Shown one piece after another: positions 42,402-52,058 of a DNA stretch of 57,877 bases. Each line of letters begins with the position of its first letter. The first letter of the stretch is position 1. A program made the position numbers and the translations under genes. Location of the stretch: positions 1-57,877 of the forward strand of contig JBBSOY010000002.1 in NCBI GenBank assembly GCA_038259265.1, given 5' to 3'. The stretch comes from Minisyncoccia bacterium. GTDB lineage: Bacteria; Patescibacteriota; Minisyncoccia; Phycocordibacterales; DATGWK01. The notes below the pieces were generated by a model. That model was not told the DNA's origin, ran no database searches, and worked only from the letters and a program-made list of their open reading frames with translations.

Positions 42402-45400
42402 ATGGCTGATATCCATACTAAAACTCCTACAAAAAGCCCCGTCGCTTTGGCAGAAGAACAGGTCTTGGCCTTTTGGCGCGAGAAAAATGTGTTTCAAAAG
42501 ACGCTCGACAAAGCGGCGCCGAACGGCAACTATGTTTTTTATGACGGTCCGCCGTTTGCGACTGGTTTGCCGCATTACGGCCACATTTTAATTAGCGCAA
42601 TCAAAGACGCTGTGCCGCGTTACCAAACGATGTGCGGCAAGCATGTTGAACGCCGCTGGGGTTGGGATTGTCATGGTTTGCCGATCGAAAATATTGTTGA
42701 AAAAGATCTGAAAGTTTCTGGCAAAAAAGAAATCGAAGCGCTCGACATCGATGTCTTCAACGAATACGCTCGCAGCCGCGTGCTCGACTTCGCCGATCAT
42801 TGGAAAACGACAATCGAACGCATCGGCCGCTGGGTTGACTATGATGGTGGCTATAAAACGATGGACAACACATTCATCGAATCCGTCTGGTGGGGGCTCA
42901 AAAATATTTGGGATAAAAATTTAATTTACGAAGGCACGAAAGTTTTGCCGTATTGCCCACGCTGCGAAACGCCAATTTCTAATTCGGAAATTGCTATGGA
43001 TGGATCGTACAAAGACATCACTGACATTTCGGTTTATGTAAAACTCGCGCTCGTCGATGAACCGAAAACTTTTCTAATTGTTTGGACGACAACGCCTTGG
43101 ACTTTGCCTGGCAACACTGCTGCGGCCGTAAACGCCGAGCTCGACTACGTTCTCGTAAAATCGGGCGACGAATATTTTATTGTCGCAAAAGACAAGACAA
43201 GTATTTTTAAAGAAAAGTTTGAGATTGTCGAAGAAATGAAGGGAAGTGAGCTTGTCGGTAAAAAGTTCAAGCCGCCGTTTGATTATTTTGAAAACAAGCC
43301 GCTGCCGGGAAAAGAAAACGAAACGAATCGCGAAAATGCCTGGAAGGTATACGCCGCGCCGTACGTTACTGCCGAAGCCGGTTCCGGTATCGTTCATTTG
43401 GCGCCTGCGTACGGCGAAGAAGACATGGCGCTCGCTCGCCAGTTCAACATTCCGTTCATTCGTCACGTCGGTTCGGATGGAAAATTTACGACAGACGTTA
43501 CAGACTTTGTTGGTCTTAAGGCAAAACCAAAAGAAGATCATCAGTCGTCTGATGTGCAGATAATCAAAAACCTCGCGGCTCGTGGTGTGCTTTTTGCAAA
43601 AGAAAAAATTATCCATTCATATCCACATTGTTACCGCTGCGAAACACCGCTTTTCTATTTCGCAATTCCTGCGTGGTTTATCAAAATCCAGGACGTCAAA
43701 AAGGAACTCATAAAAAATAACGAAGACATTACCTGGATTCCTGAGCATTTGAAGCATGGCCGTTTTGGCAAAACCATGGAAGGTGCGCCGGACTGGAATA
43801 TTTCTCGCAATCGTTACTGGGCATCGCCCTTGCCGTTTTGGAAGTGTGACCATTGCGCCGAAACCCTTTGCATTAGCTCGCTCGAGGATATTAAAAAACA
43901 TGCACCAGCTCGAAACACCTATGTGGTCATGCGTCATGGCGAAGCGGAGCACAACCTGACCGACACGGTGAGTTGTCTCGTCACCGACAAAAATGGTTTG
44001 ACCGAAAAGGGTAGAAAAGAAGTGACCGAATCAGCGAAAAAACTCGCAGCAAATCAGGTGGCTGAAGGCGAGGCTTCGTCGAAAGAAAAAGTCAGTTTTA
44101 TTTATGCATCAGATTTAGTCCGAGCAAAAGAAACGGCGGAAATTGTTGCTGCTGAGCTTGGTTTGTCTTCGGACAAAATCGTCTACCTTCCAGATCTCGG
44201 CGAACTTCGGGCAGGAATTTACAACGGCAAAACCTGGACGGAATATCGAAAGTCGTTTGCGAAACCTGAAGATCGTTTTGAAAAAGCACCCGAGGGCGGC
44301 GAAACACTCACCGACATGCGTAACCGCGTTGTAAAAACGCTTTACGATATCGAGCAAAAACATGCCGGCGAAAACATTCTCATCATCAGTCACGGCGAAA
44401 ATATTTTCTTTTTGGAGAATGCCACAGGCGGCGCTTCGAAACAGGATCTGATTTATTCATTTATTCATAAATCAGAATTCCTCGGTACTGGCCAGTCTCG
44501 GCCGCTTGATTTCGCTCCAATTCCGCACAATAAAAATTTCGAACTCGATTTTCATCGACCGTATATCGATGAAATAGTTTTTGCGTGCCAGGGAGCGGGA
44601 GGAAATTCTGGCAGTGGGGCAGGGTCGGGCAAATGCGGAGGCACCATGCGACGTATCCCCGAAGTCGTCGACTGTTGGCTTGAATCTGCTTCCATGCCAT
44701 TTGCTCAAAACCATTATCCGTTCGAACACAAAGAACGATTTGAGAAAAACTTTCCGGCGGATTTTGTAGCCGAATATATTTCCCAGACTCGAACCTGGTT
44801 TTATTATATGCATGCAATTTCGACCATCCTTTTCCAAAAAGCACCATTCAAACATGTGCTGACCACGGGCATCATTGTCGCGGAAGATGGGGAAAAAATG
44901 TCGAAGTCGAAAGGTAATTTCCCCGACCCTCAGCGTTTGTTCGACAAATATGGCGTTGATGCGCTCCGTTTTTACATGCTCAGTTCGCCGCTTGTGAAAT
45001 CTGAAGATCTGAGCTTCACTGAAAAAGGCGTCGACGAAGTCTATAAAAAAATAATCCTCCGCCTCAAAAATACGCTGACTTTTTACGAAACGTATCGCGG
45101 CGAGAGTCGCAAGACAGAAGATCGACTCGTTTCAAAGCATGTGCTCGATCGCTGGATCATCGAACGCATGAACCAGGTGATTTCTGAAGTGACCACCAAC
45201 ATGGAAGCCTATGTGCTCGATCGTGCGCTTTTTGAAATTGACGGGTTTATCGAAGATCTGTCCGTGTGGTTTTTGCGTCGTTCGCGAGAGCGTCTCAAAA
45301 GCGAAAACGAAATCGAACGCAACGAAGCACTCGATACATTTTATTGCGTGCTCGTAGATTTGGCGAAAATTATGGCGCCTTTTACGCCTTTTTTGGCCGA

Positions 45401-46001
45401 ACAGCTATACGCAGCGCTCGATGCTCATGCGGACGGTGGCACAGAAAGTGTTCATTTGGAAGAATGGCCGGATTCGCGCCTTACGCCGGTTGAAGACGTC
45501 GTTATTTTGTCTGACATGATGGAAACTCGTCGCATCGTCAGTCTTGCGCTCGAAGCTCGTGCGAAAGCGAAAATAAAAGTCCGTCAGCCGCTTGCGAAAC
45601 TTGTGGTGAAAACGACGACCCTCGAAAACAAACAAGAATATCTCGATTTAATTCGCGACGAAGTGAACGTCAAAGAAATCGAATTTGATACAGAAATTGT
45701 CGACGAAGTCGTGCTCGATACCGACATCACTCCAGCTTTGCAGGAAGAGGGAAATGTCCGCGAGCTCGTTCGAGCGATGCAGGATCAACGAAAGAAAGCA
45801 GGTTTGAAGGCCGGCGACCAGGCCGAAATTTCTGTTCGAGCAAACGAAATGGGTAAAACATTTATTTTAAAATTTGAATCAGAACTTAAAAAATCCGCAC
45901 TTCTTTCGAACATTATTTTCACCGAAGAAAAACATGTCGAAACCGACGAAACTATTTCAATCGAAGGTATGGAATTTGTGTTTAGAATTAACGGGAATTA
46001 A
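42402..46001 (+). CDS. ileS: isoleucine--tRNA ligase with inserted histidine-phosphatase domain
   Basis: PPFATGLPHYGHIL (HIGH), KMSKS, DWNISRNRYW, DFHRPYIDE and CGGTMRRIPEVVDCW. The start is at MADIHTK (42402); the ORF-track extension back to 42135 overlaps cassette 2. See the finding for the insertion. Confidence 0.9.
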   Translation: MADIHTKTPTKSPVALAEEQVLAFWREKNVFQKTLDKAAPNGNYVFYDGPPFATGLPHYGHILISAIKDAVPRYQTMCGKHVERRWGWDCHGLPIENIVEKDLKVSGKKEIEALDIDVFNEYARSRVLDFADHWKTTIERIGRWVDYDGGYKTMDNTFIESVWWGLKNIWDKNLIYEGTKVLPYCPRCETPISNSEIAMDGSYKDITDISVYVKLALVDEPKTFLIVWTTTPWTLPGNTAAAVNAELDYVLVKSGDEYFIVAKDKTSIFKEKFEIVEEMKGSELVGKKFKPPFDYFENKPLPGKENETNRENAWKVYAAPYVTAEAGSGIVHLAPAYGEEDMALARQFNIPFIRHVGSDGKFTTDVTDFVGLKAKPKEDHQSSDVQIIKNLAARGVLFAKEKIIHSYPHCYRCETPLFYFAIPAWFIKIQDVKKELIKNNEDITWIPEHLKHGRFGKTMEGAPDWNISRNRYWASPLPFWKCDHCAETLCISSLEDIKKHAPARNTYVVMRHGEAEHNLTDTVSCLVTDKNGLTEKGRKEVTESAKKLAANQVAEGEASSKEKVSFIYASDLVRAKETAEIVAAELGLSSDKIVYLPDLGELRAGIYNGKTWTEYRKSFAKPEDRFEKAPEGGETLTDMRNRVVKTLYDIEQKHAGENILIISHGENIFFLENATGGASKQDLIYSFIHKSEFLGTGQSRPLDFAPIPHNKNFELDFHRPYIDEIVFACQGAGGNSGSGAGSGKCGGTMRRIPEVVDCWLESASMPFAQNHYPFEHKERFEKNFPADFVAEYISQTRTWFYYMHAISTILFQKAPFKHVLTTGIIVAEDGEKMSKSKGNFPDPQRLFDKYGVDALRFYMLSSPLVKSEDLSFTEKGVDEVYKKIILRLKNTLTFYETYRGESRKTEDRLVSKHVLDRWIIERMNQVISEVTTNMEAYVLDRALFEIDGFIEDLSVWFLRRSRERLKSENEIERNEALDTFYCVLVDLAKIMAPFTPFLAEQLYAALDAHADGGTESVHLEEWPDSRLTPVEDVVILSDMMETRRIVSLALEARAKAKIKVRQPLAKLVVKTTTLENKQEYLDLIRDEVNVKEIEFDTEIVDEVVLDTDITPALQEEGNVRELVRAMQDQRKKAGLKAGDQAEISVRANEMGKTFILKFESELKKSALLSNIIFTEEKHVETDETISIEGMEFVFRINGN

Positions 46002-46016
46002 TCGAACGAACCACTC

Positions 46017-46595
46017 ATGAAAAAAAGAGCACTTATCGTACATGGTTGGGGCGGTACTCCACAGGAAGGGTGGTTTCCTTGGCTTAAGAATGAATTAGAA
46101 AAAAATGGTTTTGAGGTAACTGTGCCGGCCATGCCCGAAACAAATGCACCAAGAATTTCTAACTGGGTACCAGCTTTGTCTGACGCTGTTGGCATGCCTG
46201 ATGCGCAAACTTTTTTAATTGGTCACAGTATGGGCTGTCAGACAATCGTTCGGTATATTGAATCCTTGCCGAACGGAGTAGTGGTGGGAGGTGCAGTTTT
46301 TGTTGCGGGTTTTCTTAAAAAATTGACAGGCCTGACCGCTGAAGAAAAAGAAACTGGTGACCACTGGATGAATTCAAAGATCGATCTTCAAAAGGTTAAG
46401 ACCCATCTTCTAAACAGCGTTGCTATTTTTTCAGACAATGATGAGTTTGTGCCGCTTGAAAATCGCGACGAATTTGAAAATATTTTTGGCTCGAAAATAA
46501 TTATAGAAAAAAACAAAGGTCATTTTAGTGGAAGTGACGATGTAACTGAGCTGCCATCTGCTCTTGATGCGGTGCTTTCGATGTCTAATTCATAA
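46017..46595 (+). CDS. alpha/beta serine hydrolase (YdeN/RBBP9-like)
   Basis: LIVHGWGG...LIGHSMGC (GxSxG nucleophile elbow)...GHF. 192 aa. Confidence 0.65.
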   Translation: MKKRALIVHGWGGTPQEGWFPWLKNELEKNGFEVTVPAMPETNAPRISNWVPALSDAVGMPDAQTFLIGHSMGCQTIVRYIESLPNGVVVGGAVFVAGFLKKLTGLTAEEKETGDHWMNSKIDLQKVKTHLLNSVAIFSDNDEFVPLENRDEFENIFGSKIIIEKNKGHFSGSDDVTELPSALDAVLSMSNS

Positions 46596-46603
46596 TAGTT
46601 TCC

Positions 46604-47269
46604 GTGCACTATCACGTTTACAACACCGAAGGTCTGATCCTCGGCGGCGCGCCCTCGGGGGAGTCGAGTCGGTACATGTATGTGTTTACAAAAGATCTCG
46701 GGCTTGTGGGGGCACATGCGCAAAACACCCGGCATGTGACGTCGAAACTTCGCTATGCACTCGATGCACCGTCGCGTTCGCACATGTCGCTCATTCGTGG
46801 CAAAAACATGTGGCGCATCAAAAGTGCAATGCCAGACAAACGCTACGCGGCAATTTTTCGCACACATCAAGAAAAATATCTGCTCTGTGTTCGGACATTT
46901 TCATTGCTTAAAAAATTGCTCGCCGGCGAAGAAGCGAATCCGGAGCTTTTTGATCTCATTAATAATTTTCTTGAGTTTTTGGAGCAGACAAAAGAATACG
47001 AAATTCTGCCCGACGGTCAGCCGGATGAATTCGATGAATTTTTTGGTGAAAAAGGAAAAAATGAACTTGCTCTCGAGGGGCTCAAAAATCTCGAAGCGAT
47101 TTTGCTTTTGCGAATTTTGAACCTCCTGGGATATGTTCCAGTGAACGAATTAACCGTGCAATTTGCTCAGGGGTCAGAATGGAATTCGGAAATTGCCGCC
47201 GCCATGGGGTCGCGACGCAAAGAGGCGATTGCTATCATCAACGAATCCCTCCGAGCGTCACATTTGTGA
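46604..47269 (+). CDS. recO: DNA repair protein RecO (probable)
   Basis: The size and the N-terminal OB-like segment (TEGLILGGAPSGESSRYMYVFTKDLGLV) fit RecO. GTG start. Confidence 0.45.
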   Translation: MHYHVYNTEGLILGGAPSGESSRYMYVFTKDLGLVGAHAQNTRHVTSKLRYALDAPSRSHMSLIRGKNMWRIKSAMPDKRYAAIFRTHQEKYLLCVRTFSLLKKLLAGEEANPELFDLINNFLEFLEQTKEYEILPDGQPDEFDEFFGEKGKNELALEGLKNLEAILLLRILNLLGYVPVNELTVQFAQGSEWNSEIAAAMGSRRKEAIAIINESLRASHL

Positions 47270-47309
47270 TGAACTCGGACGCTCAAAATGCCGTGTTATA
47301 CTTTTTCAA

Positions 47310-49253
47310 ATGGCTTTTAATCCGCTGAATCCGAAAGAAGAAAAAATAAACGACCTTGAGCGTGATCTGTATTCGCGCGATGCTCAGGAAATCACCACCA
47401 AACAGCGTCCTGCTCTTTCGCCGCATGAAAAAATGAGCCAGTATGGCTGGAAGCAAGATGAAAAGCCTGTTGCAGAAGTCGCCGAAGAAACTCATCAGGT
47501 CGAAAAGGGTTCGATTATCACCAAAATTTTTCTGGCGTCGGTGGTGTTTTTTGTCGTGGCTGCCGGAATTGCCGCGTACATTATCCTCGGCGGCTTCAAT
47601 GTTATTTCTTCGAAGAACGTCGACATTTCTGTTCGTGGGCTCATTTCAGTGGCCGCGGGCGAGGACATTTCGCTCGATATCATCGTCAAAAACAATAACA
47701 ATGCGGCACTCGAATCGGGTACGATGTATGTGCAGTATCCAGAAGGGGCTCGCATGGCCGATGATGTAACTCGCGAACTAATTCGTGATCAAATTCCATT
47801 TGAAGGTGTGCCTGCCGGTGGAACAATCACAAAAACGGTCCATGCTGTTTTGTTTGGCCAAAAAGACAGTGTTCAGCAAATAAAAATTTCAACTGACTAC
47901 AAAGCAGTCGGTTCGAATGCGACCTTTTCAAAAGAAAAAACCTACGAAATCACCATCAAATCGTCACCGATACTCATGACGGTCGACGTGCCGAAAGAAG
48001 TAAATTCCGGTCAGGAAATTGCTATCACAATCGACGTTGCTTCGAATTCGAACACGATCGTTCGCAACTTGCTTGTGAAGGCAGAATATCCGTTTGGTTT
48101 TAATTTCATTTCTTCGAGCCCCGACGCATCGTTTGATAAAAACATTTGGCGTATCGGCGATTTTAATCCAAAAGAAAAGCGCACCATAGTCATCCGTGGT
48201 CGCATCGACGGCCAAAATGAAGAAGAGAGAACTTTTCGTTTTACAACCGGCACCGCCAAAGAAAACGACGAAAAAGTTTTGGCTGTTGACTACGTGTCTG
48301 TTCAGGAGCCGCTTTTCATAAAAAAACCATTCATCGGCCTCAAGCTCGTGCTCGGTGGCAACGATTCGAGCGAGTCGGTTGTTTCAGCGGGTGAAAAAAT
48401 TCAGGGTACGCTCTACTGGACCAACAACTTGCCGATCACCATAAACGATGCCCAAATCGACGTCACTCTTTCTGGCGCTGGTCTCGATCGCGCCCAGGTC
48501 CAGCCTGGTGTCGGTGGTTTCTTCCGTTCGGTCGATAATACAATTCATTGGGATAAAAATTCTCTGCCGGATTTACAAAGCCTCGAACCGGGCGAAAGTG
48601 GCATAGTGAGTTTTACATTTGGTTCGCGCGCAGCTTCCCAGGATCTATTGGCCCAAGGTCGGGACCTCAATATTTCAGTCGAGGCCGCCGCCAAGGGTAC
48701 TCGTGTCCAGGGCAACGTGCCGCAAGAAGTGCGTTCGACTGCGTCTGGGTTAGCAAAAATCGGTACGAGTCTTGTCATAAACGGTCGTGCACTCTATTCA
48801 ATCGGGCCATTTGAAAATACGGGGCCGATGCCGCCACGAGTCGAAAGAAAGACAACGTACACTGTCGCGCTCAATCTTTCAAATGCCTTCAACGATGTTT
48901 CAAATATTATTTTGACGACCGAATTGCCGCCGTACGTTCGATGGACAGGAAAAATTAGTCCGGCATCTGAACAACTTCAGTATAATGATTCGACCCGGAC
49001 GGTTACGTGGACCATTCCGGATTTGCGCGCAGGAGTGGGTTACATTTCACCTTCAAAGGAAGCCCACTTTCAAATCGAGCTTGAGCCGAGCTTGAACCAG
49101 GAAGGTTCGACACCCGACCTCACCACCGATCTTCGGGTCAGCGGCCGGGATCAGTTTACGGGTCTGACCGTTAGTTCAAACAAGCCTTCGCTGAACACTC
49201 GGTTGACCACCGACCCAACGTATCGCACTGGCAATGAAAAGATTTCCCGATAG
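47310..49253 (+). CDS. membrane-anchored protein with repeated beta-sandwich (CARDB/DUF11-like) domains
   Basis: A TM helix near aa 70, then several ~100-aa beta-rich repeats. The start was chosen at ATG 47310, 7 nt after TGTTATACT. Confidence 0.5.
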   Translation: MAFNPLNPKEEKINDLERDLYSRDAQEITTKQRPALSPHEKMSQYGWKQDEKPVAEVAEETHQVEKGSIITKIFLASVVFFVVAAGIAAYIILGGFNVISSKNVDISVRGLISVAAGEDISLDIIVKNNNNAALESGTMYVQYPEGARMADDVTRELIRDQIPFEGVPAGGTITKTVHAVLFGQKDSVQQIKISTDYKAVGSNATFSKEKTYEITIKSSPILMTVDVPKEVNSGQEIAITIDVASNSNTIVRNLLVKAEYPFGFNFISSSPDASFDKNIWRIGDFNPKEKRTIVIRGRIDGQNEEERTFRFTTGTAKENDEKVLAVDYVSVQEPLFIKKPFIGLKLVLGGNDSSESVVSAGEKIQGTLYWTNNLPITINDAQIDVTLSGAGLDRAQVQPGVGGFFRSVDNTIHWDKNSLPDLQSLEPGESGIVSFTFGSRAASQDLLAQGRDLNISVEAAAKGTRVQGNVPQEVRSTASGLAKIGTSLVINGRALYSIGPFENTGPMPPRVERKTTYTVALNLSNAFNDVSNIILTTELPPYVRWTGKISPASEQLQYNDSTRTVTWTIPDLRAGVGYISPSKEAHFQIELEPSLNQEGSTPDLTTDLRVSGRDQFTGLTVSSNKPSLNTRLTTDPTYRTGNEKISR

Positions 49254-49278
49254 CAAATTCATACATATTTAAAACATA

Positions 49279-50679
49279 ATGAAACATTCAGAAAAGAAAA
49301 ACGCTGACCAAGAAAATGGCAGCATGGAACATATTATTTCGCTCGCCAAGCGTCGCGGTTTTATTTTTCCTGGTTCAGACATTTATGGCGGCCTTTCCGG
49401 CACGTGGGATTGGGGACCGCTCGGCGTGGCTCTTAAAAACAACATTAAAAAGCTCTGGTGGAGCCGGTTTGTCGAAGCGCGAGACGACATGTTTGGCGTC
49501 GATGCGGCTATTTTAATGAATCAAAAAGTATGGAATGCCACTGGCCATGTTGCCAACTTTTCAGATCCGCTCGTCGAATGCACAAAATGTAAAAAGCGTT
49601 TTCGGGCTGATCAGCTCGGCTCGGGTGACGCTGATGTAAAAAGCGATGCAGCTGGCAGTGGTGGGAAAAAATGTCCGGACTGCGGTGGTGCCTTGAGCGA
49701 GCCGAAGCAATTCAACATGATGTTCAAAACGAACATAGGTGCAGCGCAGGATGATGCGTCCGTTGTGTATCTTCGCCCTGAAACCGCTCAGGGTATGTTT
49801 GTGAATTTTAAAAACATTCTCGACTCGCTGCATCCAAAATTACCGTTTGGCATGGCTCAGATCGGCAAAGCATTTCGAAACGAAATTGCGCCGCGTGATT
49901 TTATTTTCCGTACTCGCGAATTCGAGCAAATGGAAATCGAATATTTTGTGCACGAAAAAAATTGGTCGGAGCAGTTTGAAATCTGGCGAAAGGAAATGCA
50001 TGCATGGATGCTGAGCCTCGGCCTTGATGCGGCAAAAATCCACGAACTCGACGTGCCAGCGGAAGATTTGGCACATTATTCAAAAAAGACCATTGATTTT
50101 GAATACGAATTTCCTTTTGGCAAAAAAGAGCTCTATGGTTTGGCTTACCGAACTGATTTTGATTTGAAAAACCACAGTGAAGCAAGCCGTGTCGATCTTT
50201 CGTATTTTGATGAAGAAACAAAAGAGCGTTTTGTGCCGCATGTCATCGAACCAACCTTCGGCCTCGACCGAACCGTGCTCGCAGTGCTTTGTGAAGCCTA
50301 TTGCGAAGATGCGATGGGTTCGGAGGTTGCTTCTGGTGAAAAAGCCGAGAAAACTGAAACCCGCGTATTCTTAAAATTGCCAGCGCACCTTGCGCCGGTC
50401 AAAGTCGCTGTCTTTCCTCTGCTTAAAAATAAACCGGCGCTTGTTGAAAAAGCCCGTGAGGTTTTTGCTGAAATCCGTAAAGTTGCACCGAATGCGATTT
50501 TTGACGACAACGGCAACATTGGCAAACGCTATCGCCGCCAAGACGAAATCGGTACACCATTTTGTGTGACCATCGACTTCGATACTATTGAAAAAGACGG
50601 CACGGTCACGCTGCGTGACCGTGACACCGGCAGCCAGAAACGCATTGAAATTTCAAAGCTCATCTCTGAAATTTCCTAA
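49279..50679 (+). CDS. glyQS: glycine--tRNA ligase (class II, dimeric type)
   Basis: KRRGFIFPGSDIYGG..GTWDWGPLG, FRNEI.PR..IFRTREFEQME and the C-terminal anticodon-binding region. Confidence 0.9.
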   Translation: MKHSEKKNADQENGSMEHIISLAKRRGFIFPGSDIYGGLSGTWDWGPLGVALKNNIKKLWWSRFVEARDDMFGVDAAILMNQKVWNATGHVANFSDPLVECTKCKKRFRADQLGSGDADVKSDAAGSGGKKCPDCGGALSEPKQFNMMFKTNIGAAQDDASVVYLRPETAQGMFVNFKNILDSLHPKLPFGMAQIGKAFRNEIAPRDFIFRTREFEQMEIEYFVHEKNWSEQFEIWRKEMHAWMLSLGLDAAKIHELDVPAEDLAHYSKKTIDFEYEFPFGKKELYGLAYRTDFDLKNHSEASRVDLSYFDEETKERFVPHVIEPTFGLDRTVLAVLCEAYCEDAMGSEVASGEKAEKTETRVFLKLPAHLAPVKVAVFPLLKNKPALVEKAREVFAEIRKVAPNAIFDDNGNIGKRYRRQDEIGTPFCVTIDFDTIEKDGTVTLRDRDTGSQKRIEISKLISEIS

Positions 50680-50742
50680 GATTTCTAATGGTACGCTCCT
50701 CAATGATTTCACAAGCAGGTAATTCCTGTTACACTTGCCGAC

Positions 50743-52023
50743 ATGAATTTCAAAAAACTGACCAATAAAAACGGCCTCCGTATTATTACCGTGCCGATGA
50801 AAGATACGCCGACAGCGACGGTGCTCGTGCTTGTCGAAGCCGGCTCAAAATACGAAACAAAAGACATCAATGGCTTGTCGCATTTTCTTGAACACATGTG
50901 TTTTAAAGGCACAGTTAACCGGCCGAAAGCCGCCGACATTAGTCGCGAACTAGACGCGCTCGGTGCGTACTGCAATGCGTTTACCTCGCAGGAATTCACT
51001 GGGTATTATGCTAAGGCGACGCCGAAAAAATTGCCCCAACTCATCGACATCCTCGCCGACATGTATCTCAATCCGATTTTTGAACCGCAGGAAATCGAAA
51101 AAGAAAAAGGCGTGATCGTCGAAGAAATAAATATGTACGAAGATTTGCCGTATCGGCAGGTACAGGAAGTGTTTTTGGAATTACTGTATGGGGATCAGCC
51201 CGCTGGCTGGGATGTTGCTGGACCGCGCGAAAACGTTCGAGCGATGACTCGCGACCACTTTGTGAAATATCGAAACGAACACTATGTGGCCAAGGGTACG
51301 ATTGTGGTAGTCGCTGGAAGAATACAAGAAGCGGCAGTTCGAAAACAAATCCAGAAGGCTTTTGAAAAAATCAGCACCAACAAAAAACACGACAAGTTGC
51401 CGGTTAAAGAATCACAGTCGGCGCCGGCGCTGAAAATTAAAGAAAAGAAGACCGACCAGATGCATCTTACGCTCGGTGTTCGAGGTTTTGATGTTACCGA
51501 CAAGCGTATTCCTGCGACACGCGTGCTGGCCACAGCGCTCGGTGGCAATATGAGCTCTCGTTTGTACAGCCGCCTTCGTGACCAGATGGGTGTTTGCTAC
51601 TATGTTCGAGCCGGTTCCGACGAACTCACCGACCACGGCACATTCACGATTTCTTCGGGTGTCGACAAAAACCGCCTCATTGAATCGGTGTCTGCGATCC
51701 TCGAAGAATGCAAGCGATTTGTCGACGAACCAATGTCCCACGCTGAACTTCAGAAAACAAAAGACTCGATGACGGGTACGATGATGCTTGGCCTCGAATC
51801 CTCAGACCAGGTCGCTGAATATGTGGCGATGCAAGAAATTCTCAAAAAGGAAATCAAAAAACCAGACGAGATCGTCCGAAAAATTGAAAAGGTAACTGCT
51901 GCCGAGGTTCAAAAAGTCGCTCGGGAATTATTCCAAAATAAACATCTCAACCTCGCGGTCGTGGGTGACGTAAAAGACGCCGCCGCGCTCAAAAAAGCTC
52001 TTTCTTTCGATTCAGCAAAATAG
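50743..52023 (+). CDS. M16 family (pitrilysin-like) zinc peptidase
   Basis: Inverted zinc motif HFLEHMCFKGT (HxxEH). Confidence 0.8.
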   Translation: MNFKKLTNKNGLRIITVPMKDTPTATVLVLVEAGSKYETKDINGLSHFLEHMCFKGTVNRPKAADISRELDALGAYCNAFTSQEFTGYYAKATPKKLPQLIDILADMYLNPIFEPQEIEKEKGVIVEEINMYEDLPYRQVQEVFLELLYGDQPAGWDVAGPRENVRAMTRDHFVKYRNEHYVAKGTIVVVAGRIQEAAVRKQIQKAFEKISTNKKHDKLPVKESQSAPALKIKEKKTDQMHLTLGVRGFDVTDKRIPATRVLATALGGNMSSRLYSRLRDQMGVCYYVRAGSDELTDHGTFTISSGVDKNRLIESVSAILEECKRFVDEPMSHAELQKTKDSMTGTMMLGLESSDQVAEYVAMQEILKKEIKKPDEIVRKIEKVTAAEVQKVARELFQNKHLNLAVVGDVKDAAALKKALSFDSAK

Positions 52024-52058
52024 CTTTTAAAATCAGTCGCAGGTGGTATCATGAGGGC

